A stretch of DNA of 64,000 nt. Source: Spizellomyces punctatus DAOM BR117 (lineage: Eukaryota). Both the position numbers and the translations under genes were made by a program. Location: assembly GCA_000182565.2 (NCBI GenBank), contig KQ257450.1; one strand, 5' to 3'. Shown piece by piece: positions 53,534-64,000 of this stretch (its first letter is position 1; each line of letters opens with the position of its first letter). The notes beneath the pieces were generated by a model, which made no database searches, had not been told where the DNA came from, and saw only the letters and a program-made list of their open reading frames with translations.

Positions 53534-55805
53534 ATGGCTTTCCAGGCTTATATGAGGTGGTCGTTGCTTGTAGCTTTCTCTTGCGGGTTCCTTGCCAATG
53601 CGCAAGACTCACGGGCGACGTTGGGTGAATTTGAGGTCATCTCTGAAAACTCTGGTGTGGTTGCAGGTGAGTGAGTGCTTAGTCGCGCGTCTCTCTCGCG
53701 TAGCTGCGTGCATCAACCTAACAAAGCAACTTGTAGTCCACTTGGCGCTCCTTCCAGAGGAAAAAGTATTCCTTTCAGAGAGATTTCACGAGCTGCCCAC
53801 CGCATGGAAGCCGTTTATTAACGAGACAACGGGGCTGAAGCCTAATGAGTATTGGAATCGCGATCAAGCACTAGCTGACTGGGCAGCGAATGCTTCGTAC
53901 TGGAAACCAAACAAGAATTGTGTTGCTGCCGGGTTTTTGACAGATGTGGCAGAGTTTGATATCAAGTCAAATAAATTCGAGTTGAAAAAATATCCATTTG
54001 ACGGTGATCAAGGATATAGTTTCTGCAACGGGATCGCCCAGATGGCGGATGGAACGTTGCTGGTTGCGGGAGGGGATGCCAAGTTTGAAGCACCGCTAGG
54101 ACCGAATGGCGAACGTATTACCACGTGAGTACTGCATATGCCCCGAGATAGCATGGTGACAAGTCGCCAAGGTAATTTAGGGCTAACACTTGCATGTCTT
54201 AGTGACGGCCGACGTGATGTGCGGATCTACAAGGATGGAGTTCTTACCAAGGTTCCGACGGCTCAGATGCCGTACATGGAGGGACCCGGTCAATGGAAGA
54301 ATTATAGTGGAAGATGGTACCCGACTGTTATTACTCTAGCCAACGAAGAGTACGTATACGTCGCTCTCTTCCTGTGCAATAATTTGTACTTATGGCGCTC
54401 AAACTCTCAGCGTGATGATTCTTGGCGGACAGAAGATTTACTATGAACCGGGCAATCCCATTGCCGACAATCCTACGTATGAAACGTACCGAACGGCCAC
54501 ACGAACCTTGGATCCTCCTGTCCGTGTCGAGATACTTGCCAAAACATTTCCTGTGAACATGTACCCAATTGCATATGTCTTACCATCATCCGGAAACGTT
54601 TTTACCCTTGCGGGCAACATGTCCGCTATTCTCGACCCGGTAGCCAAAACTGAACAGCATCTCGTTGATCTTCCCAAGGACGGCATCATGCATAGGAGTT
54701 TTCCTTTCTCTGGAACCAACTGGCTCAACCCGTTAACTCCTGCGAATAACTATAAACCAACAGTCTGGATTTGTGGTGGCACCAATATGACAACCACTCA
54801 ACAGGACCTGGCGAGGGACGGTAAAGTGTCTCCATGGTGGGACAATTGCAGCCAATGTTTGGCTACGTCCCGGTGCTATTCCATTGAGCCCGAAGCAGCC
54901 AATGCGCAATGGGTACCTGAAGAGATGCCCATTGCTCGGAGTCAGCCCATGGCCATCAACCTTCCTGGTAAGTACTGCCGCCGTGGAGATTTGTGGGAAC
55001 TATCCTTAATACTATACCGTTAGACGGTACCATAGCCATATTTGGCGGGTCAGGAAAGGGACATCAAGGTGGAGATGCTGGCATTTGCCTCGCCTCCGCA
55101 CCAACGAATAAAGTCGTGCTCTTTAACCCGGGAGAGACCGACTCTTCCGAGCGATGGAAAATTGGCGCAGAGGCGCAAGTACCTCGTCTCTACCACGCCA
55201 GTTCAGTCCTGCGCACCGACGGCTCAGTTCTTCTTGCTGGTAGCGACAATCAAAACTTTGCCAATATTCGATCAGACCCTTACGAGCTTCGTCTAGAGGT
55301 TTACCGGCCACCATATTTCTTCATCCCTAACCGTCCAGCGCTGAATCTCGCTGCCGCACCCAAGACTTTGCGATACGGACAGCAATTCATTGTACCTCTG
55401 ACCAGCGATGTGGGGGCAACAATTCGTAACGTTAGCATAATCCGTTACGGCAGTTCCACCCACACTCTCAATGTCGACCAACGCCATGTCGAACTAAAAA
55501 TCCTCCAATGGGGAAAAGGAAAGCTTTTGGTCCAGTCTCCTCCCGGTGCAAAGGTTGCTCCTCCTGGGAACTGGATGTTGTGGGCTGTTGATAACCGAGG
55601 CGCCCCAGTTGTCCAATCCGCAACCATCAATTTGCGGGCAAATAATACTGGTGAAAATGCAGTATGGTCTGACTCTGACAGCATTCAGCCAGATCCTCTT
55701 CCAAAGAAGAGCAAGAACTCAAATGCTGGGGTGAACATTAAATATAGTAGCGCCAATGCGCTTGGGATCGCTGTCGCGGGGAGTATCTTGCTTGGTCTAC
55801 TATGA
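53534..55805 (+). CDS. Secreted, probably GPI-anchored copper radical oxidase (glyoxal oxidase-like, AA5_1)
   Basis: Signal peptide MAFQAYMRWSLLVAFSCGFLANA; FCNG (Cys), RWYPT (Tyr), RLYHAS (Tyr/His), STHTLN.DQR (His), APPGNWML; hydrophobic C-terminus. Confidence 0.9.
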
Positions 55806-56027
55806 GCTCCATATTGATATATAGATAGAGTAATAGCTTGTATAGTGTATTTCTTACTTTTGCTATTTCGTTTTCGAATAAACAATACCGCCTGAAGTCT
55901 TGTTGAGTTCAAGTCCGCTGCGCGCAGTCGTTGGAAACTGTGCCACAGGTCGGGGAGCCTTTCGTTCAAAGCGACTCGAGGCCTTCCTTTGTCTTATTTC
56001 TTTCATCGCCAGCCAGAATTGCCAATC

Positions 56028-56519
56028 ATGTCAACGCAAGCCTACTCGTCACCTTCCAAAGTCTCATCATGTAGCCACGTACATCGACTCTTTGTTCTCC
56101 TGCTCCTCATAGTGTCAATCATTCTCGTCACGGTCCCGCCCGCACATGCAAAGAATCCAATCAACTACAAGTCGGAGCATTCCAACTATGGCGACTTTCA
56201 CAAATATGCTCAATCAGCCCGCGAGCACCTCGTAACTCAGGACCTCTCTCAGGAACCTTTACCGAAAAGCACAGAAGAAGAAGACCTCTACTACTTCTTT
56301 TCCTTACACGATTACAATGAGGATTCTCACCTTGATGGCAATGAGCTCATGGCCGCCTTCACTCAGGCGGGTGAGATGCCTCCTGTGGGAAGCAGACTAT
56401 CTCGGAAGGATTTGGAGGAAATGATTGATCATGCACTGGAGGAAGATGATACAGACGGAGATGGCAAGATTAGCTGGGAAGAGTATTTAGCTAGCCAGTT
56501 GTATCATGACGCTGAATAG
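56028..56519 (+). CDS. Secretory EF-hand protein, MCFD2/Ssp120-like, intronless
   Basis: Signal/TM segment, then YFFSLHDYNEDSHLDGNEL and EEDDTDGDGKISWEEYL EF-hands. Confidence 0.85.
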   Translation: MSTQAYSSPSKVSSCSHVHRLFVLLLLIVSIILVTVPPAHAKNPINYKSEHSNYGDFHKYAQSAREHLVTQDLSQEPLPKSTEEEDLYYFFSLHDYNEDSHLDGNELMAAFTQAGEMPPVGSRLSRKDLEEMIDHALEEDDTDGDGKISWEEYLASQLYHDAE

Positions 56520-56959
56520 AAGGAACACAAGAATAGGCGAATCTTTTATGTGGCAATGAGATTATTTGCACATGTACACATATATTGCGAAGAGTTCTGA
56601 GAGTGTTTTCCAGCGAGGATCATCGCGATGACATGACCATCCGTGGAGGTGACAAATGTGTGGATTAAGATGACGAGGACGCTGAAAGTTGCGAATCCGT
56701 ACAAACAAAGGATAATTGCTTTTGGATATCGCTTACAATTCGATGGAAAGTTTAATGTTTGAGGGATGAACGTGTCAAAACACCAAGAAAATCCTATTTT
56801 TGGCCCAGATACACGACTTAGCTTGCTGTGCTGCATCCGTTGCGCCAGAGTACAAAAGTCGTAGATTAGACCTCTTAGATGTTAGAGTATATCGTTCCCG
56901 CAAGGTAAAAAAGCAATAGACACCACTCTCAACTCCAATACGCCAAACGTAGTTTCATC

Positions 56960-58418
56960 ATGTCATTCCGCTTCCTTCTTACCTTTCTCATCGCCGCTCT
57001 TCCATCTGCCACAAATGCCCTTCCGCCATCAACTTCATACGACTTGATAGGTTACTGGGGCCAAAATCTGGCAAAAAATCAGTATCGATCTGTAGCAGAC
57101 TACGAACCCCCTTTGGCAACATTATGCCAAACCACAAATTACACCATCTACCATATCTCGTTCATGTACCTTCACTTTGATGCTACGGGGTTGTCCGGCA
57201 TTGACTTGGACTACCACTGCCAATGGCCTACAAATAAATTCAATGGGTACCCGAATCCGACAAAAGGGATTAATGTCCTCAATTGTCCTGATGTGGGCAA
57301 AGATATTGCGGTATGTCAGGCGTTAGGAAAAAAGGTGATGATTTCTATATGTGAGTGACGACAAGAGATGATATGCTAGCTCCCGCTCAAGAGACTAACA
57401 AATTGTTATTTAAAACGATTTGGTATATAGCTCCGCAAGATTACCTATCCTCTCAAGATGATGCCATAAGGTCTGCCACAAACGTGTGGAATCTCTTCCT
57501 AGGTGGATCCTCCACCTACCGGCCTTTTGGCAGTGTCGTTCTCAACGGCATTGATTTGCGGATATGGAACAACGACCCAAATCCACAGTACTATACTACA
57601 TTCATCTCAAAAATAAAAGAGTTTATGAATGCGGATACAGGGAGAAAATATTATATCGGAGGTAAGACTTTCAAAACTTTATCGGATGGTAGTTGCTTGT
57701 TCAAATTCTGATATAAATGTCTACAGGAACAACCCTTTGCCAATATCCCGACGTTCTTCTTGGGGGTTCAAACAGACCATCCACACCCCTCGCAACCATT
57801 CCAACGCTCTTTGACTACCTATCACCCTACTTCATCTCTTCACCAAATATTTGCGGCTGGAAAGGGAATAACGCTGGCTTCTGGTCCTTTATCAATCAAT
57901 GGTCCGCCTTTATTGCGAGTTTTACTCCGAATACGAAACTCTTTGTGGGTCTCCCAAGCTGGTATACACCTGAATGGGTAAATGCTGCAGCTGGAGATTA
58001 CATACCACCCAACGAACTATACGATATGAATGTCATACCGACACTAAAGAATCTAACGGGATTCACGGGATTTTCTCTAGTGGACACTTCATTTGACGTT
58101 CATAACCTGCCATGCTCCAACTTTCCCAACCGTCGGTTTTCAGACGTCTTGAACGGCCAACTCTTGTTGGATGCCTCTGCCGCTGGAGTAAATACTCCTG
58201 CTGATCAAAAATGCCAGTTCAGAAATCAGACTGTAGGAGGGACAACCGCAACGACAACCACAAAAAGCAGCAGTACAGTCATTAGAGATGATAACAAATC
58301 ATGCATCTTCTTGGGAACATGTCCAGACTCTTCTGGATGGGGAATCGGAGCGGGGATGACTGTCTTTAGTCTAATGGCGCCAGCATTGTTGATAGTCATA
58401 ATGGGTGCTTTCTTTTGA
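56960..58418 (+). CDS. Class III GH18 chitinase-like protein with degenerate catalytic motif, predicted GPI anchor
   Basis: Signal peptide, GYWGQN, LATLC, CPDVGKDIAVCQALGKKVMIS, VWNLFLGGSSTYRPFGSVVLNGIDLRIW, KLFVGLP; Thr-rich stalk and hydrophobic tail. Confidence 0.88.
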
Positions 58419-58681
58419 GCATGCTGGAGAATCCTTGTCTCCGATTCATCTCAGTAGAATGGCCCTTGAGTGTGATCTAGAATATAGAGCGCGCAAATAC
58501 CACCAACTCTTATCAAAAGTCAAGCAAAAAGTTTTCCACTTTGGTGCCGTAGCACCTAAAATGATTGTAATATTTGAACAGAAAGTGAACAGCTCCTCCC
58601 AGCTCCCCGAAATCGTACAGGCAACCGGGAACGACAAACATGTACAAACATCTAAGTCGATGAAAATTATGGCCCCAACGC

Positions 58682-59461
<780 letters not shown>

Positions 59462-59545
59462 GCTGATCCACGACGCCGAGGGAGAAAAAGGGAAGGTTCA
59501 ATCGCAGGACGGCGACCAACATTTTCTTTCAGTCGCTTTGCAATT

Positions 59546-59586
59546 ATTCACGTGATTATGTTGCCATCGTTACATTCACGTGATTA
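59546..59586. promoter_or_regulatory. Duplicated 13-nt E-box (ATTCACGTGATTA x2) flanking an X-box-like element in the RPS9/F-box divergent promoter
   Basis: ATTCACGTGATTA at 59546 and 59574; GTTGCCATCGTTAC between them (59560-59573). Confidence 0.7.
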
Positions 59587-59658
59587 GAACGAGTAAGCAG
59601 TTTATCCGCTCGGTACATGCTCCCCAACTGGTGTGCAAGGGTGTGCATCTACAGGCAG

Positions 59659-60651
59659 ATGGACGAGATGCAGAGTTACGAGAACAAGACCATCAGCTCT
59701 TTACCGCCTGAGCTGCTTTTCCGGGTATTTGGCTACCTCGATGCGGATTTCCTAGCTCGCTGCGGTGCTGTTTGCAGAGGATGGAATGCTTTGGCAAATC
59801 ATGATATCTTGTGGAAAGAACTGTGGTACGTAGGGTTTAGAAAGGGCAGTTTTATCAACAGCACCCGCTCACCAGTGCAATGATGTAGCCGAAAGCGATG
59901 GGAAAGACTTCGCCATCTCCCCCTCGCAATCCATCCACGAGTGGACTTTTCAGATCCAGACTTGGCGCGAAGTTTAAGTGTGGCCGAGGTTTTGGATATT
60001 TTACGGCGACGTGGAGTGAATCGTCCACGAGGGGCACTGGAGAAATCTGACTTGCTCAAGCTACTACACGACACCAGACCCTCAGGGAGCCCTCCTGGCC
60101 GCTGGACGGGGAAATGGTCAGAAGGATAAAAAATACGCAATTTTCCTGTAATCGACTGACGCATAGCTTTAGGAAGAGCAGCTATATTGTAGCGGAACTG
60201 GATCTTGACCGGACTCGGTTGACATTCCATGAAGTGTCTAGTATGGAGTGGAAATTCGAGGTTGGTGGAAACTGCTTGGTTCACAAGGACATTGTACATC
60301 TCATTGTCTGGTTAGTTTACGTCCGGAACAAGTTGGAATTACATGATGGATGGGGAGGGTCAACCGAGCACCACCAAGGCGCTTTTTCGCGCGGATGGAG
60401 TCTACGTAAACCCTGCTCTCCAGGTTGACGGCTTTCGCTGGCGGATGACACCTTACGGGGGCGTCCAGGTGGAGGATTATCCTCCTCACAGGCCGCAGAG
60501 AACGAGAGACGGTGGTTGGGTAAAGTGTTAATCATGATTTCGAGTTTCGAGATGACATTCTGACGGTAAACGCTTCTCTTTGTTCTTTAAGATCTTGTCG
60601 AACGGATATTTCACTTATAGATCAATAGATAGAGGGACCCCAGCGGAGTGA
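59659..60651 (+). CDS. F-box protein
   Basis: ISSLPPELLFRVFGYLD..FLARCGAVCRGWNALANHDILWKELC F-box; helix-extension-helix-like segment; C-terminal VQVEDYPP...R..DGGW. Confidence 0.8.
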
Positions 60652-60806
60652 GTGTTCCCAGTGAAGTGATACCTAGCGCGTAGTCACAGGAAATTTTAAT
60701 AGCCTTGTATATTTTGGAAGAGACCCCCTATTAGAGCCGCGTTAGTGTAGACGTTGAGACGTTGAGCGGAAGTGCGAAGGAAACCTATGAGCATATTCAA
60801 GTGTGC

Positions 60807-62802
60807 TCATTGCTTCATCATATTGGCCTTTGCAAGCAATCGCTGAAAGCCACAACAAGAGTTGGTACATTAGCAGATGCAGATGACGGGTGCTACATAT
60901 CAAACTTACCTCCGCCCATTTCACAACCGGCTATCATACAAAGACAAACATCAGCTTCCAATGTTTGACGCTAGACCGCGATTAATCCATCGTACGCACC
61001 ATATCAATCATCTTTCCGTCCAGGTTGAAAGCGCCAATGCCCTTCTTCATGTGTTCTTGGTAGCCTTCCACAATTTTTGTAGCCCTCTCAATATCTATAG
61101 GGGACATCCAAATCTACGGATGAGCCAATCTATCAAAAGTCATGGAAAATGTAATCAAACCTTTCTCTGAAGGAGAATAGATGCGCTGAATCGTCTCGAG
61201 TTGCTTTGGGTGTATTGCTTGCTGCAATCAACTCGTCAATCCCAAATTCGATCACTCAAGCTATTTATGACACGTACCTTGCCTGTAAAACCCCATTCGC
61301 GACCCTCGCGGCACTCTTCCTCCTGCAAGATGCCCAGATTAGCACCCCCAATCACCGTATGTGGGCGGGTCAAATTACAACTCACCAAAATATCCACGTT
61401 CTGGTAATCGACGCAGACCTACAAGATACCAAACGAATTATTTATCAAAAATTGGTCAATGTACACGGGTAGATTGGTTTGCTCGTACCATATCGATCGC
61501 CTGCAACCCAAACGCGCTAGCTGCGGTGGCAACACGCTGACGCGCGTACAAAAACTCTTGACGTGAGGGCGTGCGGATGAGACCTGTATCTGCCGCGTAG
61601 TCTTCAGCTGCACTACATATTTATAAACATGAGACTCCAACCGGTTGCGTGATTCTAGCGACATACATACAATACCAGTCCGTCGATACGGGGATCAGCT
61701 TGTGCAATTCTTCAAACAAGGATTGACAATTAGTGCAAAGCAAGGCGCATCGAGCGACGAGGTCACGTAATTTCATACTCTCGAATATTCATGATGCCCA
61801 AGGCACTTTCGATGCAGGCTAAAATACGTATGTTTGCTCGGCTGGTGGACAAGGTCAGCCTACGTTATCACGCAGTTCTGCTGAACGGCTCAGTACCTTG
61901 ATTCGGGCGCTATAGAATCAATCATTCGTGACACAAACTCAAGCTCCTTGGCAGATTGCACCTTTGGTACCACTAGTGCGTCTACATATTTTGATCGTAG
62001 CTAAAGTCGCCCACATGCATTACTATAGCGGAAAGCAAGGGCTACAAACCACAGAGAGTTGGACTTACCACGACACTCAGGTCATCCACTTCCAAACCAG
62101 ATCCGACCGCGTTAATACGTACGGTCTTTTCGCTCTTACCGACATCATGTTGCTAACCGCCCGCCACAATTTATCAGATCCTGGCGTCAAGTCGGAATGA
62201 CAATCGATGCACATTCTTACCTCAAGTGCCTATCAATCCGAAGCAGCTGGATGTTAATACATGGATCATTTACTTTCGCACCAACCCAACATACCTGAAA
62301 CACCAATTGTCTGGCAGTTCCTTTTCGATTTACGGGGACGGAATCTTCGAGGTCGTAAATAATGCTATCTGCATGTGACCTTGCGCGAGCTATTCAATTT
62401 CCGTTCGTCACTTCCTTATTGTAGTGGTAAAGAGACGTGTAAGGAGAACAAATGCCTGGCTTCAGCGAACACATGAATGCATCTAGTGCAAGTATGTACC
62501 AGGAACTTTTCCAAGGAAAGAATACGCCGATAGAGAGTGAGTGTGAAGAATAGAATGAGGGTCTCTTTCAGCACCAGCAGTACCGAACCGACATCCTTCT
62601 CCTTCCGTCTTCTATTACCATAGAAAATAGCCCTCCGCGCTCGCTCAGCTCTTGTTACGGGGCTTGAACCGTCCAAGGTCTGCGCTGGTGTTGAATAGCT
62701 GTGTTGTGATATCCCTAATAATGGCGCTCGGAATCGGAAAGCGCTACGCGCTGGCGGACGAGAGGTCTGCCTCCAGCCAGCCAGGGAGCAACTTCGCAGC
62801 AT
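60807..62802 (-). pseudogene. CLYBL: Citrate lyase beta-like / citramalyl-CoA lyase with one +1 frameshift (pseudogene, recoding event or sequence error)
   Basis: RRAIFY|VP|GSDERK ... [frameshift near 62380] ... ADSIIYDLEDSV, VRINAVGSGL, VVPKV, ACIESA.G, F|AAEDY, AIDM|VC, GFTGK|QAIHP, DGKMIDM|P; all other exons in frame. Confidence 0.75.
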
Positions 62803-62914
62803 CTCTTGCACCAGTCTTTATGGGTGGTATCAAATGGAAATGAGCAATCTTGGACAATGTGGCTGCAGAGTGACAACATCAATCAAGTACAGTAGGTGAC
62901 ACGTGATTCGGCCT

Positions 62915-63786
62915 TTATGTATTGAACATCCCCCTCCACTCTTGCTTGCTTTTCTCCTCCAGCTCCTTCAATCTACCATCAACACTATTCAACTCTGCCC
63001 TTATGCCTGCATCCTGTGGTGCGAGTTCCGCCGCTCTATAAAGATCCGTACGTGCTTTCTCGAGGTTATTAAGCTTGTGATGCGATTGTCCGCGGCGAAA
63101 GTACGCCTGGATAAAGCAATTACAGTAAGAGACAACCGTAACCATTTGCATAGATGAGAACAATATTACCTTTGCATTCTGAGGATCTATCTTGATGACC
63201 TTGTCGCAGACATCAAAAACCTTTTCGTATTTAGACTGCTTAAGATAGCATGCTACCGTAGTCATAGTATGAGCTCTTGATCCAGTCGATGATAGCTAAT
63301 CCCAGAACATTGTGGAAGACTTACCGGCCATGTTACTGTAACAAGCCTTGAGGGTCTGCAAAATAACAATCGCCCGACGGCCTGTCAGCTCGGCTTCTTC
63401 CAACATCAACAATGACGGCCGTGGATGCTCACATCTGCAATATCCTTCTTAACGTTCTCCTCTAGGCTCTTCCCGGGTACAATAGACGACATTGAAGAGT
63501 TGTCCAGCCCGGTCAAGTAAAGTACTGCCTTTTCATTCGTTTGTTGGAAACCTGTTCAGTATATCCAGAGTACGGTGGTACAGGTTGGGAAACATTGGCA
63601 CCGAGAGCAGTACCTGGTGGTAGCAACGAAGAGCTGCTCACGGGAAAAATGGTTAAGAATGCATGCAATATCCGGAAGCTGAGGGCAAAACTACGAACCC
63701 TGGACAAGGTTCCCATTTTTGAATTCCACGTTTCCCTTCTCTTTCTCCTCTTTTCCTCTCCCAAGCTTTTCTTCGACACTGGCCAT
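62915..63786 (-). CDS. Small TPR protein, TTC9-like
   Basis: MASVEEKL...KEKGNVEFKNGN..A|LRCYHQ|AVLYLTGLD, CYSNMA|ACYLKQ..YEKV...C.KV...DPQNAK|AYFRRGQ. Confidence 0.8.
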
Positions 63787-64000
63787 CGCGCTTTGGGAGT
63801 CGTATCGAGGACAAGACCAAATGGAAAGCCAGATGAAAGGAAAGAGAGATCGTTGCGGAAGCAAGATGAGTCCAGCAATTTTTCACGTGACCGTTCAGAA
63901 GCTTCTTGTTGGGAGTCAACCAATGACTTAAGTCTGAAAGGCATGGGCTACATTTGGTATTTGTCTTTGGAAATACTTTAGTTTGCATAGGGCTTTCTGG

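Noticed and set aside
62369-62379. 11-nt GT...AG segment as an intron fixing the CLYBL frameshift
   Set aside because: Too short for spliceosomal removal and does not restore the needed frame.

Overview
Eukaryotic, intron-rich, gene-dense fungal DNA (short GT-AG introns, mostly about 50-80 nt; intergenic gaps often under 200 bp). A flagellar gene (CFAP61) together with fungal-type genes (fused ARG5,6, SLA1, class III GH18, AA5 oxidase) points to a zoosporic fungus, most likely a chytrid; this is inference. I reconstructed about 33 protein-coding genes by joining exons by hand, mostly housekeeping: THG1, POP1, COX13, cupin, TFG2, METTL2, LYAR, KIN17, ARG5,6, PHYHD1, MED4, WRAP53, CTP synthase, SLA1, BUD23, ADE8, UBE3D-like, RPN7, EPT1, ORC3, APN2, glutaredoxin, ZRSR2, Utp16-like, CFAP61, glyoxal oxidase, MCFD2-like, GH18-like, RPS9, F-box, CLYBL and a TPR gene. 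A Tc1/mariner transposase C-terminal remnant sits at the window start. Most notable observations: (1) an intronic box H/ACA RNA in the UBE3D-like gene whose 5' pocket matches the U2 snRNA branch-pairing region; (2) U12-type signals inside a long intron of the minor-spliceosome gene ZRSR2, a possible autoregulatory switch; (3) a spliced 54-aa small ORF, absent from the ORF track, with a motif-rich promoter; (4) a GPI-type GH18 protein lacking its catalytic residues; (5) a single +1 frameshift in an otherwise intact CLYBL; (6) TCACGTGA E-boxes, X-boxes and TTAGGG motifs in promoters. CDS coordinates are whole-gene spans including introns. All family calls come from motif recognition, not database searches.
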